DNA of 64,000 nucleotides from a virus: IMG/VR virus record IMGVR_UViG_3300027686_001029; one strand, 5' to 3'. Positions 28,698-36,749 of the stretch are shown one piece after another (positions within the stretch are counted from its first letter, which is position 1; each line of letters opens with the position of its first letter). A program made the position numbers and the translations under genes. The notes below the pieces were generated by a model. The model was not told where the DNA came from. It saw only the letters and a program-made list of their open reading frames with translations, and did not search any database.

Positions 28698-29432
28698 TTA
28701 TATATTTTTTAATATGTTAGATAATCCTTCTGAGCTTTTAACTGGTCTTCCAGTTGAAGCAGTAACTTTCCTAGAAGTAGGTTTAGAGCTACCTCCATCT
28801 CTTTTCCACATATCATATTCAACTTTAGAAGCTAAGAAATCTGCTGAGTGAAGTACTGATATAATAGAGGTCTTCTGTCTAGAACCCTCCTGGTGGCTAA
28901 AAAAATATGCTTCATTAGCTTTATCGAAAACTCCATCATGGCAACGTATAGCTAGGAATTCCCTATGTGTTACTTTAATTCCGTTGTTTTGAAGAATATA
29001 TAATGAGCGGTCTGGGATTAGCATAAAATCCAATTCTGAATTATTAGTATACATCTCTGAGAGTTTATCTTGTCTCCATTTATCAGTCTGAGGTATATAA
29101 TTTGGTGATACTCCATCTCCTATTTTTCCTAGGTCGTGAAATAAAGCAGAGAATACTAATTCTTCTTCTGTATAATCTATAGTACCTCCCATATCTTTAT
29201 AGAGTCTAGATTGCTTTACCGCATACTCTACAACTCTATTTACATGATCTACGTACCCTCCTGCAAAAGCATTATGATACCAAGTCTTTCCACTAGCAGG
29301 AGCCATAACATAATTATCTTCTAACGAAGAAAGTAAGGCTAGCACTTGATCTTTACGATTAGTAATGTAGGTCTCTACAATTTTTAAGTGCTTTTCATAG
29401 TTTGAGGCTATTTTTTCTGCTGTTATAGACAT
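28698..29432 (-). CDS. HD-domain phosphohydrolase (YhaM-like HD)
   Basis: YHNAFAGGYVDH, HDLGK, HDG, ADFLAS. Confidence 0.85.
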   Translation of the reverse strand: MSITAEKIASNYEKHLKIVETYITNRKDQVLALLSSLEDNYVMAPASGKTWYHNAFAGGYVDHVNRVVEYAVKQSRLYKDMGGTIDYTEEELVFSALFHDLGKIGDGVSPNYIPQTDKWRQDKLSEMYTNNSELDFMLIPDRSLYILQNNGIKVTHREFLAIRCHDGVFDKANEAYFFSHQEGSRQKTSIISVLHSADFLASKVEYDMWKRDGGSSKPTSRKVTASTGRPVKSSEGLSNILKNI

Positions 29433-29547
29433 ATGTTATTTATTTGATTAATTATTACTATATATATATTTATATATTTATATATTTATATTACTTATTA
29501 AGTTTACTATTTATACTATTATATCTTATATACTAATTAATATATTT

Positions 29548-29580
29548 TTAAGATAATACTTCTAAGGCAGAATAGCAACT
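29548..29580 (-). promoter_or_regulatory. Bacteroidota-type promoter followed by a very AT-rich leader
   Basis: TTG-N20-TATCTTAA. Confidence 0.6.
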
Positions 29581-30088
29581 ATTCTATAATAAACTTTAGA
29601 AAAACTTCCTCTTCTTTCCAATTATTACCTCCATCCCAATTAATATATCCACTAACATTTAAAGTATCTCCCTTTAAACCCTCTAAAACTGGGCCTATTA
29701 TCCGTTTAGTATACATCTTATTAGGTATTTTACCGTGATCGCGTAAGTATAAGCGAGTCTCCTGTACTAACGGTATAAATTCTGTTAACTCTCCGGTTTG
29801 AAGTGGTACCTGTACGAAAATATCTCCGGAAAATCCTGCTGTTACTACTGATTTACTGTTATAATGGTAGAATTCATCTGTTTTAGAAGCAATTACCTCA
29901 ATACTAAACCTAGGATCATACTGCCCATCGTAGTTTAACTTTAAATGGTAGTAACCATTCGCATCTTGTGGAGCATTTACCTTAAATGCAACGCTACAAT
30001 CCCCTCCTATACATAAGTCTGGAAGAATATCTTCCTTTTCACAAGAACTTAAGAAATAACCCAGTAAAAATAGTGAAATTAACCTCAT
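29579..30088 (-). CDS. Lipoprotein
   Basis: Lipobox LSSC followed by EKED. Confidence 0.7.
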   Translation of the reverse strand: MRLISLFLLGYFLSSCEKEDILPDLCIGGDCSVAFKVNAPQDANGYYHLKLNYDGQYDPRFSIEVIASKTDEFYHYNSKSVVTAGFSGDIFVQVPLQTGELTEFIPLVQETRLYLRDHGKIPNKMYTKRIIGPVLEGLKGDTLNVSGYINWDGGNNWKEEEVFLKFIIE

Positions 30089-30109
30089 AACCTTTATTTT
30101 TTTTTATTA

Positions 30110-30146
30110 TACCTTAATATACGAACTATATCTTTGTTACGCAACT
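30110..30146 (-). promoter_or_regulatory. Early promoter cassette
   Basis: AGTTGC...TTCGTATATTAAGGTA followed by AAAGGTTATG leader. Confidence 0.8.
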
Positions 30147-30149
30147 AAT

Positions 30150-30590
30150 TTAATACCTTTCTTCATTTATCTTCTGTACTGCTGCAATAGCTTGAGTAGA
30201 AGAAACATTAAAACCCTCTCTATTCTTACGTACTCTGAAATCTTTAAGGTATTCATGGGTTTTTTGCTCTAAATCATGTGCTTCTGCACACTCTAAATAC
30301 CAATCAGTCTCCCACTCTTCAATAACACCAGTTGCTGAGTTAATCTCCTTTAATCTCTGCTCAGGAGATGTAGTCGTAAATCCAACCTTTACTATTCCAG
30401 GCATAGATTTATTAGAAAGTACATATACATACTCTCCCCACTTAGAACTATACTCCTCTAAACGTTCTTTCATTCCATCTAATCTCCACTGACAATCTTC
30501 TGATAAACCAATATTACCCATAGCCAGGTAACTAGTTTTTCTATTCTGCATCTCTGCAATCTCCTCTTTTAACTCTTGAATCATTCCCAT
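30150..30590 (-). CDS. T5orf172/MUG113 (GIY-YIG-like) protein
   Basis: YVYVLSN..MPGIVKVGFT, RLKEINSATG, NREGF. Confidence 0.85.
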   Translation of the reverse strand: MGMIQELKEEIAEMQNRKTSYLAMGNIGLSEDCQWRLDGMKERLEEYSSKWGEYVYVLSNKSMPGIVKVGFTTTSPEQRLKEINSATGVIEEWETDWYLECAEAHDLEQKTHEYLKDFRVRKNREGFNVSSTQAIAAVQKINEERY

Positions 30591-30611
30591 AACCTTTATT
30601 GTTTTTATATA

Positions 30612-30648
30612 TACTTAAATATACGAATAATAACTCGGGTAGCCAACT
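30612..30648 (-). promoter_or_regulatory. Early promoter cassette
   Basis: AGTTGG-CTACCCGAG...TTCGTATATTTAAGTA. Confidence 0.8.
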
Positions 30649-30663
30649 AAATAACAGGTTCTT

Positions 30664-31107
30664 TTAAACTTTAGGTACCTCAAAATTCTTGAGTGCACCC
30701 TCATAGAGTATATCTTGACTTTTTTTAATGGTACTACATTTTTCATAGTATTCAATTCCCTCAAAATAATCTTTAAGTAAATCTAAAGCCTCATTAGTAC
30801 TTGCAAAATCAAATGAATCTGATATCTTATACGCCTCATTAATATCCTCCCAATCTATTCTCTCTAGATAACCCATAAGGTTAGTAAAATACTTATACCT
30901 AACCATCTTTGTATGTCTCTTATACTCTTCTGGGTATTTCTTAGAGTATAGTGCATCCATTAAATAGTAATTCTCTAAACCACGAATTACCATCCCCATT
31001 AGAACATATGGATTTTTAAGAACTCCCGTTACTCCATGCTCCTTGTACACCTCTTCATCGCTTACTTCAAACATAGCGAAAAGATTATCTTTCTGAATCT
31101 GCTTCAT
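30664..31107 (-). CDS. Hypothetical protein (UVR-like C-terminus)
   Basis: ORF track; YFEGIEYYEKC. Confidence 0.75.
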   Translation of the reverse strand: MKQIQKDNLFAMFEVSDEEVYKEHGVTGVLKNPYVLMGMVIRGLENYYLMDALYSKKYPEEYKRHTKMVRYKYFTNLMGYLERIDWEDINEAYKISDSFDFASTNEALDLLKDYFEGIEYYEKCSTIKKSQDILYEGALKNFEVPKV

Positions 31108-31142
31108 ATAGATAAATATAGTGATAAGTTAATTACCAATCA

Positions 31143-31178
31143 AGTTGGAATCCTGATATGATATTCTTATATTGTATA
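31143..31178 (+). promoter_or_regulatory. Plus-strand promoter reading into a GC-rich non-coding element
   Basis: AGTTGG, TTG-N20-TATATTGT. Confidence 0.55.
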
Positions 31179-31182
31179 TATG

Positions 31183-31296
31183 TGAAGAGCAGGAACCGTT
31201 AAAGGATCGCTTCGCTGGTGGAGGTGTGAGGGCTATAGGTAAATAAACAAGACGGCGAAGCCGTCGCGAGACGCGCACGAGTTGCACCGCAATTTT
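31183..31296 (+). other. GC-rich structured non-coding element (hairpins GACGGC-GAA-GCCGTC and TTGC-ACC-GCAA)
   Basis: Perfect inverted repeat 31251-31265; GCGAAGC on both strands. Confidence 0.6.
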
Positions 31297-31495
31297 ATAG
31301 TCCTTCCTCCTTGCCTACATAACTAAATAAACAAGATATGATAGCGTTTTTAATATGTGTTATAATATTAGCTATAGTCCTCGAGGTAGTAGTATCTAAG
31401 TATGGCAACAATTCAAGTATGTCTATGTTAGATGGCAAAAAAGAAAAGAAGGCTACTAATAGAGATACTACTGAGTCATAAGCTACTGGATCCAC
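31295..31495 (-). CDS. Possible small hydrophobic protein
   Basis: 66-aa ORF, GTG start, no recognisable motif. Confidence 0.3.
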   Translation of the reverse strand: MDPVAYDSVVSLLVAFFSFLPSNIDILELLPYLDTTTSRTIANIITHIKNAIISCLFSYVGKEEGL

Positions 31496-31567
31496 ATATG
31501 GAAGTACTGAGGTATATATAAAAAGGGGTATATAGGGGAAAATTTGCCAAAAAATTTCTCTGTTATT

Positions 31568-31600
31568 AGTTGGAAACCCACCAAAAAGTTCATATATTAA
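31568..31600 (+). promoter_or_regulatory. Plus-strand early promoter for the small-gene cassette
   Basis: AGTTGG, TTG-N20-TATATTAA. Confidence 0.75.
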
Positions 31601-31622
31601 TAATAGGTAGTAAAGTTAGAGA

Positions 31623-31784
31623 ATGAGAGTGGTATGGAGATTATGGGCTAAAGCATTAGGTGAGAAGCAAGGAAAGACAAATGAAGCGGATAGGGTCGCG
31701 TTTATTAGAACTCTTTTAATTATTCAAGCCGTGGTAACCAATGTTTTAATTTCTATCAATATTTTAATGCAATGGAAGAGTTAA
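31623..31784 (+). CDS. Small membrane protein MRVVWRLWAKALGEK... (53 aa)
   Basis: Manual translation; WRLWAKALGEK resembles a recurrent small family in marine phages. Confidence 0.75.
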   Translation: MRVVWRLWAKALGEKQGKTNEADRVAFIRTLLIIQAVVTNVLISINILMQWKS

Positions 31785-31807
31785 ATTGAATCAAAGAATA
31801 CTCAGTA

Positions 31808-31963
31808 ATGATAAAGCTACAAGGAATAAAGACAGGTGACTATATACTTACAGGTAGGTTTAAGAATAAGAAGGTAAAGGTTAATTCTATAACATACGAT
31901 TTACATGGCATGCCTCTTATCAATGGACGTAATGCTTGTACTTTTAGAGCCTATAAAGACTGA
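31808..31963 (+). CDS. Small basic protein MIKLQGIKTGDYILTGRFKNKK... (51 aa)
   Basis: Manual translation; tightly packed in cassette. Confidence 0.7.
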   Translation: MIKLQGIKTGDYILTGRFKNKKVKVNSITYDLHGMPLINGRNACTFRAYKD

Positions 31964-31969
31964 AGCACT

Positions 31970-32074
31970 ATGGGAGAATTTAATTTGGTAGACGATTCAT
32001 GGAATTGTGAATGTGGAGCTTTAAATGCCGCTTATAGGACAATATGTGGCGGATGTAATAAAGTTAAAGAATGA
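31970..32074 (+). CDS. 34-aa RanBP2-like zinc-ribbon peptide
   Basis: WNCECGALN...ICGGC. Confidence 0.65.
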   Translation: MGEFNLVDDSWNCECGALNAAYRTICGGCNKVKE

Positions 32075-32157
32075 TGATGAACGATTATGCAGTAGGACTT
32101 CTGATGATAGCAATGCTTATAATAGGGTTATTTGAAGTATTCTATAAAGAAGATTAG
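32071..32157 (+). CDS. 28-aa single-TM peptide
   Basis: ATGA overlap with previous gene; hydrophobic core. Confidence 0.5.
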   Translation: MMMNDYAVGLLMIAMLIIGLFEVFYKED

Positions 32158-32347
32158 AAACTTAATTAGATGCTCTCAATGCTATGAAGAGTTTCCAAGC
32201 GGGTATGAATATAGACTGCATTGGGAAACTAAGCATTTCTACCCTTATCTCAAAACTAATAGCTTTGATTCGAATAGAGCTTTAGAAGATGCAAGATATA
32301 ATAGGAACATAGACAGGCTCATTAAAGAGATATCTAGCAATATATAA
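32132..32347 (+). CDS. C2H2-like zinc-finger protein
   Basis: CSQC-X12-HWETKH; TTG start. Confidence 0.55.
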   Translation: MKYSIKKIRNLIRCSQCYEEFPSGYEYRLHWETKHFYPYLKTNSFDSNRALEDARYNRNIDRLIKEISSNI

Positions 32348-32503
32348 ATATATATTACCCTATACACCGAAAAATCATCAGAAATATACGACCTAGTATG
32401 GCGCAGCCTCGCAGGCTACCTACCTCTTAGGGAACTATACCGTCAGTGTTATATCACCGTTAGATCACCATGACCACAGGTTGACCGTATTGGGCGGTAG
32501 GAT

Positions 32504-32689
32504 TTAGAGAGTTTGGACCTTCTCATAACCATCCATGCCTACTCTTGATCCATCAGATGTCTCTACTACTATCTCTCCAGCATCCATCGAACGTACCAAC
32601 ACCTCATTCACTCCTTTGTATCCTTGTACCATTGAGCAGTCTACTAAGACTCTCTCACCCACAATACATTCCTTTAGTCTTTTAACCAT
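32504..32689 (-). CDS. Small beta-barrel (SH3-like) protein
   Basis: Own promoter at 32714-32746. Confidence 0.6.
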   Translation of the reverse strand: MVKRLKECIVGERVLVDCSMVQGYKGVNEVLVRSMDAGEIVVETSDGSRVGMDGYEKVQTL

Positions 32690-32713
32690 AATGCTTTATC
32701 TCTTTATATATAA

Positions 32714-32746
32714 TAAAGATACGAATAATATAGCAGGGTACCAACT
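32714..32746 (-). promoter_or_regulatory. Early promoter
   Basis: AGTTGG...TTCGTATCTTTA. Confidence 0.75.
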
Positions 32747-32981
32747 ATTGTTTAAGTTTATTTACTTTGATCAATTGAGTAATAACCATAGAGAACTTAT
32801 CCTTCAGTACCTTTATATCATCTACTGTAGCGTATGTACTACCAGAGTCTTTAGATGAATCTTTAGATAGATCTTTAGATACTAGTTTACTTACAATGGC
32901 ATTCCATGAGAGGTCTGGATACATACCCTTCACCTTTAGGGCTAGTTCTTTATCTATCTGTATCATCTTCTTCTCTACCAT
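32745..32981 (-). CDS. Small putative ribbon-helix-helix DNA-binding protein containing SKD(L/S) repeats
   Basis: MIQIDKELALKVK...SWNAIVSKL; preceded by CGTATATTAAGGTA promoter. Confidence 0.55.
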   Translation of the reverse strand: MVEKKMIQIDKELALKVKGMYPDLSWNAIVSKLVSKDLSKDSSKDSGSTYATVDDIKVLKDKFSMVITQLIKVNKLKQ

Positions 32982-33267
32982 ACCTCTTTATACCTTAATA
33001 TACGATTTAATATGCATATAACCTACCCAATCTTTAGATTTCTTTAGATGAATCTTTAGATAGCCTATGGAAGAATTTAGCATATAGACAAGGCATTAGG
33101 GTGTTTATTTTTATAATCTATAGGATGGATCGACCATCGACACACATGCCCCTGTACTTCTTCTATTACTTCCCATACGCCTTCTTACTTTATTCTATAC
33201 ATTAGTCCATCCTTATTCTACCTACATTCTCTTTAGATCTTTAGATCATCTTTAGTTGTCTTTAGAT
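32848..33267. repeat. Ten TCTTTAGAT repeats in three clusters
   Basis: Starts at 32848, 32860, 32872, 33031, 33041, 33053, 33230, 33238, 33249 (one mismatch) and 33259. Confidence 0.9.
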
Positions 33268-33576
33268 TATATATGTTTATATATGGTTTTACTAAGCAAG
33301 GGATAGCCTTTTCTCTCCTATATTTTAAATATACTTCTAGTATTATTAATAGACTTGGTAAGATGCTACCCATACTACCCCTATAGCAGTAGGTTCTCCC
33401 TACCTCTTACAATGTCTTATGAAGGTTCTATTTAGTTTAATATCAAGTACTAGCCTAAGTCATCTATACTCTCAGACACAGGGTACGATAGTACCCGTTA
33501 GGTGATGCTTCAGCATGACCATGGTAGATTATGTCCTTTATTGGTCCTCTATTTTAGGTGGGTAGTTCGGACAATA

Positions 33577-33614
33577 CGCGCGTGGCACTTCGTGAGAGAG
33601 AAAACGCCCCTCAC
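33577..33614 (-). terminator. Conserved hairpin element, copy 1 (terminator/processing-like)
   Basis: GTGAGGGG-CGTTTTC-TCTCTCAC stem then CCACGCGCG, downstream of a stop codon. Confidence 0.45.
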
Positions 33615-33646
33615 CCTCATCATCCATCCAATCCCACTCCCTACCG

Positions 33647-33859
33647 CTATTGATCATAATGCTCTCCTGTATTACCATTCTGTCCTATGATCCTCATTCT
33701 CTCTTCTAAAGCTTCTTCATCTTCAATCATACGATTGGACTCCTTAGCATGTGATGTACAAGGTCCTGTCTCTCTATTGTAATGCTTATCTAAGAGTTTA
33801 TTCTTTACCTCTTCCGATATCTCATTACTATTATATAATTGTTCTATTAGTTCTATCAT
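33647..33859 (-). CDS. Hypothetical protein
   Basis: ORF track. Confidence 0.65.
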   Translation of the reverse strand: MIELIEQLYNSNEISEEVKNKLLDKHYNRETGPCTSHAKESNRMIEDEEALEERMRIIGQNGNTGEHYDQ

Positions 33860-34014
33860 TTTCTTTTACCTGCTTTAGTTCTTACTCTATAATCATCTAC
33901 TGTCTGGATACCTTTTAGCTTCCTTGTCAATCTTTCTCTTTCTTCCTTCATCTCTCTAGCTACTTGTAGATATGTTTGACTAGTATGCTCACATCCTATA
34001 TATCCTTTCTTCAT
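33856..34014 (-). CDS. Small basic protein MKKGYIGCEHTSQ... (52 aa)
   Basis: Manual translation; GGTTATG leader; ATGA overlap with next gene. Confidence 0.65.
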   Translation of the reverse strand: MKKGYIGCEHTSQTYLQVAREMKEERERLTRKLKGIQTVDDYRVRTKAGKRK

Positions 34015-34017
34015 AAC

Positions 34018-34278
34018 CTATTCTTCTGGTCCATGCATCTTCCCTACTCCTCCATCTGCCCATCCATGAGATGTTGTTACTCTTTCGCCTGGTTGCACTA
34101 CATACTTAACTCCTTGAATCCTACATGTACCGCCTTGCTTGGCTATCTTCTTAAATAAAGTTATATCTCTTTCTGTCCAATTGTGAGACATCTCTACTAT
34201 CCTTTCTCTACTTACAACTCCTTCTCCATCTATAGAGTAAGAAGATGTACGTGTTACTGATACTTTCTTAATTGCCAT
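34018..34278 (-). CDS. Hypothetical protein
   Basis: ORF track. Confidence 0.7.
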   Translation of the reverse strand: MAIKKVSVTRTSSYSIDGEGVVSRERIVEMSHNWTERDITLFKKIAKQGGTCRIQGVKYVVQPGERVTTSHGWADGGVGKMHGPEE

Positions 34279-34298
34279 AATTACTATCTATTATTAAA

Positions 34299-34880
34299 TT
34301 ATTCATAAGCTTTAGGAGAAGGTAAGCCGCCATACTGACACCATTCATCCTCATTATATATGTTTCTAGGTTCAACTCTATTCAATTCACACCAAAATAA
34401 ATAATCATCATCATTAACATAATAACCCCAATGTAAGAGGCTTTGGCATATACGAGGACTAATATTCCAATCACCGCTGAGGTGTATCTTTTTATAGATA
34501 GCATTCCTCCATCGGCCTCTTCCTGGTCCACAAAAGTCCTGCCATCTTCTTATCTGTCTCTCATCATCTTCATGTCTTCTTCCGTTGGAGTACTTACAAT
34601 ACCATTCAAACCAACCGTATGGGTCATCATGATGCATCCAATCCATCTCTAACCAATAGTCATATGGCATACCGGAGCGTATCTTAAACTTATTCTTCTT
34701 AGGACTATACTTCTTACCTAAGTACAATAAAGGGCTAATACCATCTAAGCATTCTGCAAACAAGCTCTGGTAGTCATAATCTCCTTGTAGGTCTTCTACT
34801 CCGAAATATGATCCTCCAAAGATTCCTGCTTCTAACATCTCTTTAGGACTAAGTATTGGATTAAATATTAAATCACTCAT
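34299..34880 (-). CDS. Conserved uncharacterised W/Y-rich protein
   Basis: SPKEMLEAGIFGGSYF, DPYGWFEWYC, GRRHEDDERQIRRW; start moved to ATG 34880. Confidence 0.75.
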   Translation of the reverse strand: MSDLIFNPILSPKEMLEAGIFGGSYFGVEDLQGDYDYQSLFAECLDGISPLLYLGKKYSPKKNKFKIRSGMPYDYWLEMDWMHHDDPYGWFEWYCKYSNGRRHEDDERQIRRWQDFCGPGRGRWRNAIYKKIHLSGDWNISPRICQSLLHWGYYVNDDDYLFWCELNRVEPRNIYNEDEWCQYGGLPSPKAYE

Positions 34881-34951
34881 TATGATATCATTATCAAGAT
34901 GATTAGTATGCCGTATAATATCCACTCTCCTATTGAAGTTTGTTTATTCAT
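34880..34951 (-). CDS. 23-aa membrane micropeptide MNKQTSIGEWILYGILIILIMIS
   Basis: TAATG coupling to next gene; hydrophobic. Confidence 0.5.
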   Translation of the reverse strand: MNKQTSIGEWILYGILIILIMIS

Positions 34952-34968
34952 ATCCTTTTAATTAAATT

Positions 34969-35001
34969 CGCGCGTGGGGAGAAGAAAAACGCCCGCCTCC
35001 C
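34969..35001 (-). terminator. Conserved hairpin element, copy 2
   Basis: GGGAGGCGGG-CGTTTT-TCTTCTCCC stem then CACGCGCG, directly after stop. Confidence 0.45.
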
Positions 35002-35003
35002 TA

Positions 35004-35522
35004 TTATTTAAATAAGCTCAATTGAGTACCTAATTGCTTTCTCTCTAGCTTATAGGCATCTAATACCTTTCTAGTAGGTTTGAACTTAAGAGTATTCCAA
35101 TCCATAAGCTCTCCGTCTACAACACTTAGTGCATGTCCGGCTACCCCTACTATAAAAGATCCTTTTGGATGAGACTCAATAAAGCTTTTTAGAGTCTTCT
35201 TTCTATAAACTATCTCACCTTTTACTTTATACCTATTAGTAAGGTCTGATTTGCCAAGTACAGTAACATCGTACTTTCTACCGAAGATGTCTAAAGACTC
35301 TTCCTGTGCTTTAAGCATAGTAACCATTATCATTGCATTACTAGTACCGGTATTATCTTTTCTATCAAAGAACTTCTTACAAAATCTATGAGACATATTA
35401 TAACTTATATCAGCAGTAGCTGCTAGAGCTCTTACCATACAGTCTCCTTTTTCCTTTAAAGCGATTCCGGTACTACTACCTTTTATTTGTGAGAACGATT
35501 GTTTAATGTTTAAATAACTCAT
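35004..35522 (-). CDS. Hypothetical protein with papain-like Cys/His motifs
   Basis: GDCMVRALAAT and VAGHALSVVDG. Confidence 0.65.
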   Translation of the reverse strand: MSYLNIKQSFSQIKGSSTGIALKEKGDCMVRALAATADISYNMSHRFCKKFFDRKDNTGTSNAMIMVTMLKAQEESLDIFGRKYDVTVLGKSDLTNRYKVKGEIVYRKKTLKSFIESHPKGSFIVGVAGHALSVVDGELMDWNTLKFKPTRKVLDAYKLERKQLGTQLSLFK

Positions 35523-35546
35523 AACCTTTTTTTGTTTTAATATTAT

Positions 35547-35582
35547 ACCTTAATATATGAATAATATCTCGGGTACGCAACT
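35547..35582 (-). promoter_or_regulatory. Early promoter cassette
   Basis: AGTTGCGTACCCGAG...TATATTAAGGTA. Confidence 0.8.
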
Positions 35583-35822
35583 TTAAAACGGTAATTGTTC
35601 TTCTTTTTTATTACTCACAGGCTTACTAATATCATTTAGTCTTCTAAAGCCTATTGTACCGAATTGTTGTTCCATTAGCTCTGTAACTGCTGGTCTAGCA
35701 TTGACATACTTTTCATCAACAACTTCTGTCATTTTATGAGCTCTCTTACGAGCCATATAATCATTCTCTGCATAGACGTACATGTCCATGGTAACTACGT
35801 AACGTTTTTTATTTCTATCCAT
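35583..35822 (-). CDS. Hypothetical protein
   Basis: ORF track. Confidence 0.7.
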   Translation of the reverse strand: MDRNKKRYVVTMDMYVYAENDYMARKRAHKMTEVVDEKYVNARPAVTELMEQQFGTIGFRRLNDISKPVSNKKEEQLPF

Positions 35823-36036
35823 CCCAGTGTATTATATTTTGATCTAAATTCCATTTAACCATTTCAGCAAAGTCTGCTTCAGTATCACCTAGGTCATTCC
35901 AATCAAATATAATAGAATCAGCAATACCGTCTATTCTATCTTCTGAGAGTCTAGGTATATCCTCATTGTTTAATTGCTTAAGAGCAATTGTATCTAGTAC
36001 TTCTTGTACTACGTATTCTTTATTTAATGTTTTCAT
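35815..36036 (-). CDS. Hypothetical acidic protein
   Basis: ORF track. Confidence 0.7.
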   Translation of the reverse strand: MKTLNKEYVVQEVLDTIALKQLNNEDIPRLSEDRIDGIADSIIFDWNDLGDTEADFAEMVKWNLDQNIIHWDG

Positions 36037-36039
36037 AGT

Positions 36040-36270
36040 TTATCCTTTATATAAGTTACTTCCCCATCCTACTCTTTGATCCATCTTACGAATAGTAGTA
36101 GCTGACTCTGCATCTTTAATAATCTCAGTCTCAGCATACTCAGTCTTTCCGGAAATAATATTCCTAACGTACCAAGCATTAGTAGTAGAGCACTTCACAC
36201 AGGTCTTAGTACCTGGTAAAGCTTTGATCCTTAGAGGATTTATATCCTCAGTACATTTTATACACTTCAT
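36040..36270 (-). CDS. TraR/DksA C4-type zinc-finger protein
   Basis: CIKC...INPLRIKALPGTKTCVKC. Confidence 0.75.
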   Translation of the reverse strand: MKCIKCTEDINPLRIKALPGTKTCVKCSTTNAWYVRNIISGKTEYAETEIIKDAESATTIRKMDQRVGWGSNLYKG

Positions 36271-36452
36271 TAGTATCGTTTAGTAATTTCTTGCTCACCA
36301 TCATATAGAATAGTAATACCTTCTGATTCAATAACGTATTTATTCATGCCATTATACCTAATAAATGTAGCATCACATTGAACAGTATCACCGTTGGTAT
36401 CTAAACCTTCCATTTGAAACTTATCACCATCTTTTAAATCTTGAATTTTCAT
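36270..36452 (-). CDS. Small hypothetical protein
   Basis: AAAGGTTATG leader. Confidence 0.7.
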   Translation of the reverse strand: MKIQDLKDGDKFQMEGLDTNGDTVQCDATFIRYNGMNKYVIESEGITILYDGEQEITKRY

Positions 36453-36471
36453 AACCTTTATTTTTAAATTA

Positions 36472-36687
36472 TTAAATGTAATCGTACTGTGAAGCTTCTA
36501 AATCATAACTAAAATCAGACATTCCACTATCCTGATCTATGTTCCAATTCATTTCAATCTCATCATCAACAACAACCGTATAGGTGTTGGTAACTAAGTC
36601 AATCATATCACCACATTCTCTGTCTGTGATAATACCATTAGCATATCCACTAAATAACTCTTCTACTACTTTACTTACATTTATCAT
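36472..36687 (-). CDS. Small acidic protein
   Basis: Own promoter and leader. Confidence 0.7.
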   Translation of the reverse strand: MINVSKVVEELFSGYANGIITDRECGDMIDLVTNTYTVVVDDEIEMNWNIDQDSGMSDFSYDLEASQYDYI

Positions 36688-36712
36688 AACCTTTATTTTA
36701 TCTTATTAATTA

Positions 36713-36749
36713 TACCTTAATATACGATCTTTATCTCGGTTACGCAACT
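36713..36749 (-). promoter_or_regulatory. Early promoter cassette
   Basis: AGTTGCGTAACCGAG...TCGTATATTAAGGTA. Confidence 0.8.

Noticed and set aside
31217-31296. tggtggaggtg... resembling the reverse complement of a tRNA 3' end
   Set aside because: No TTCGA T-loop or cloverleaf can be built
32848-33267. TCTTTAGAT repeats as a CRISPR array
   Set aside because: Units are 9 bp with 0-3 bp gaps, have no spacers, and no cas operon is present
33502-33690. Plus-strand 62-aa ORF in the non-coding tract
   Set aside because: No promoter or leader; overlaps the hairpin element and a minus-strand gene
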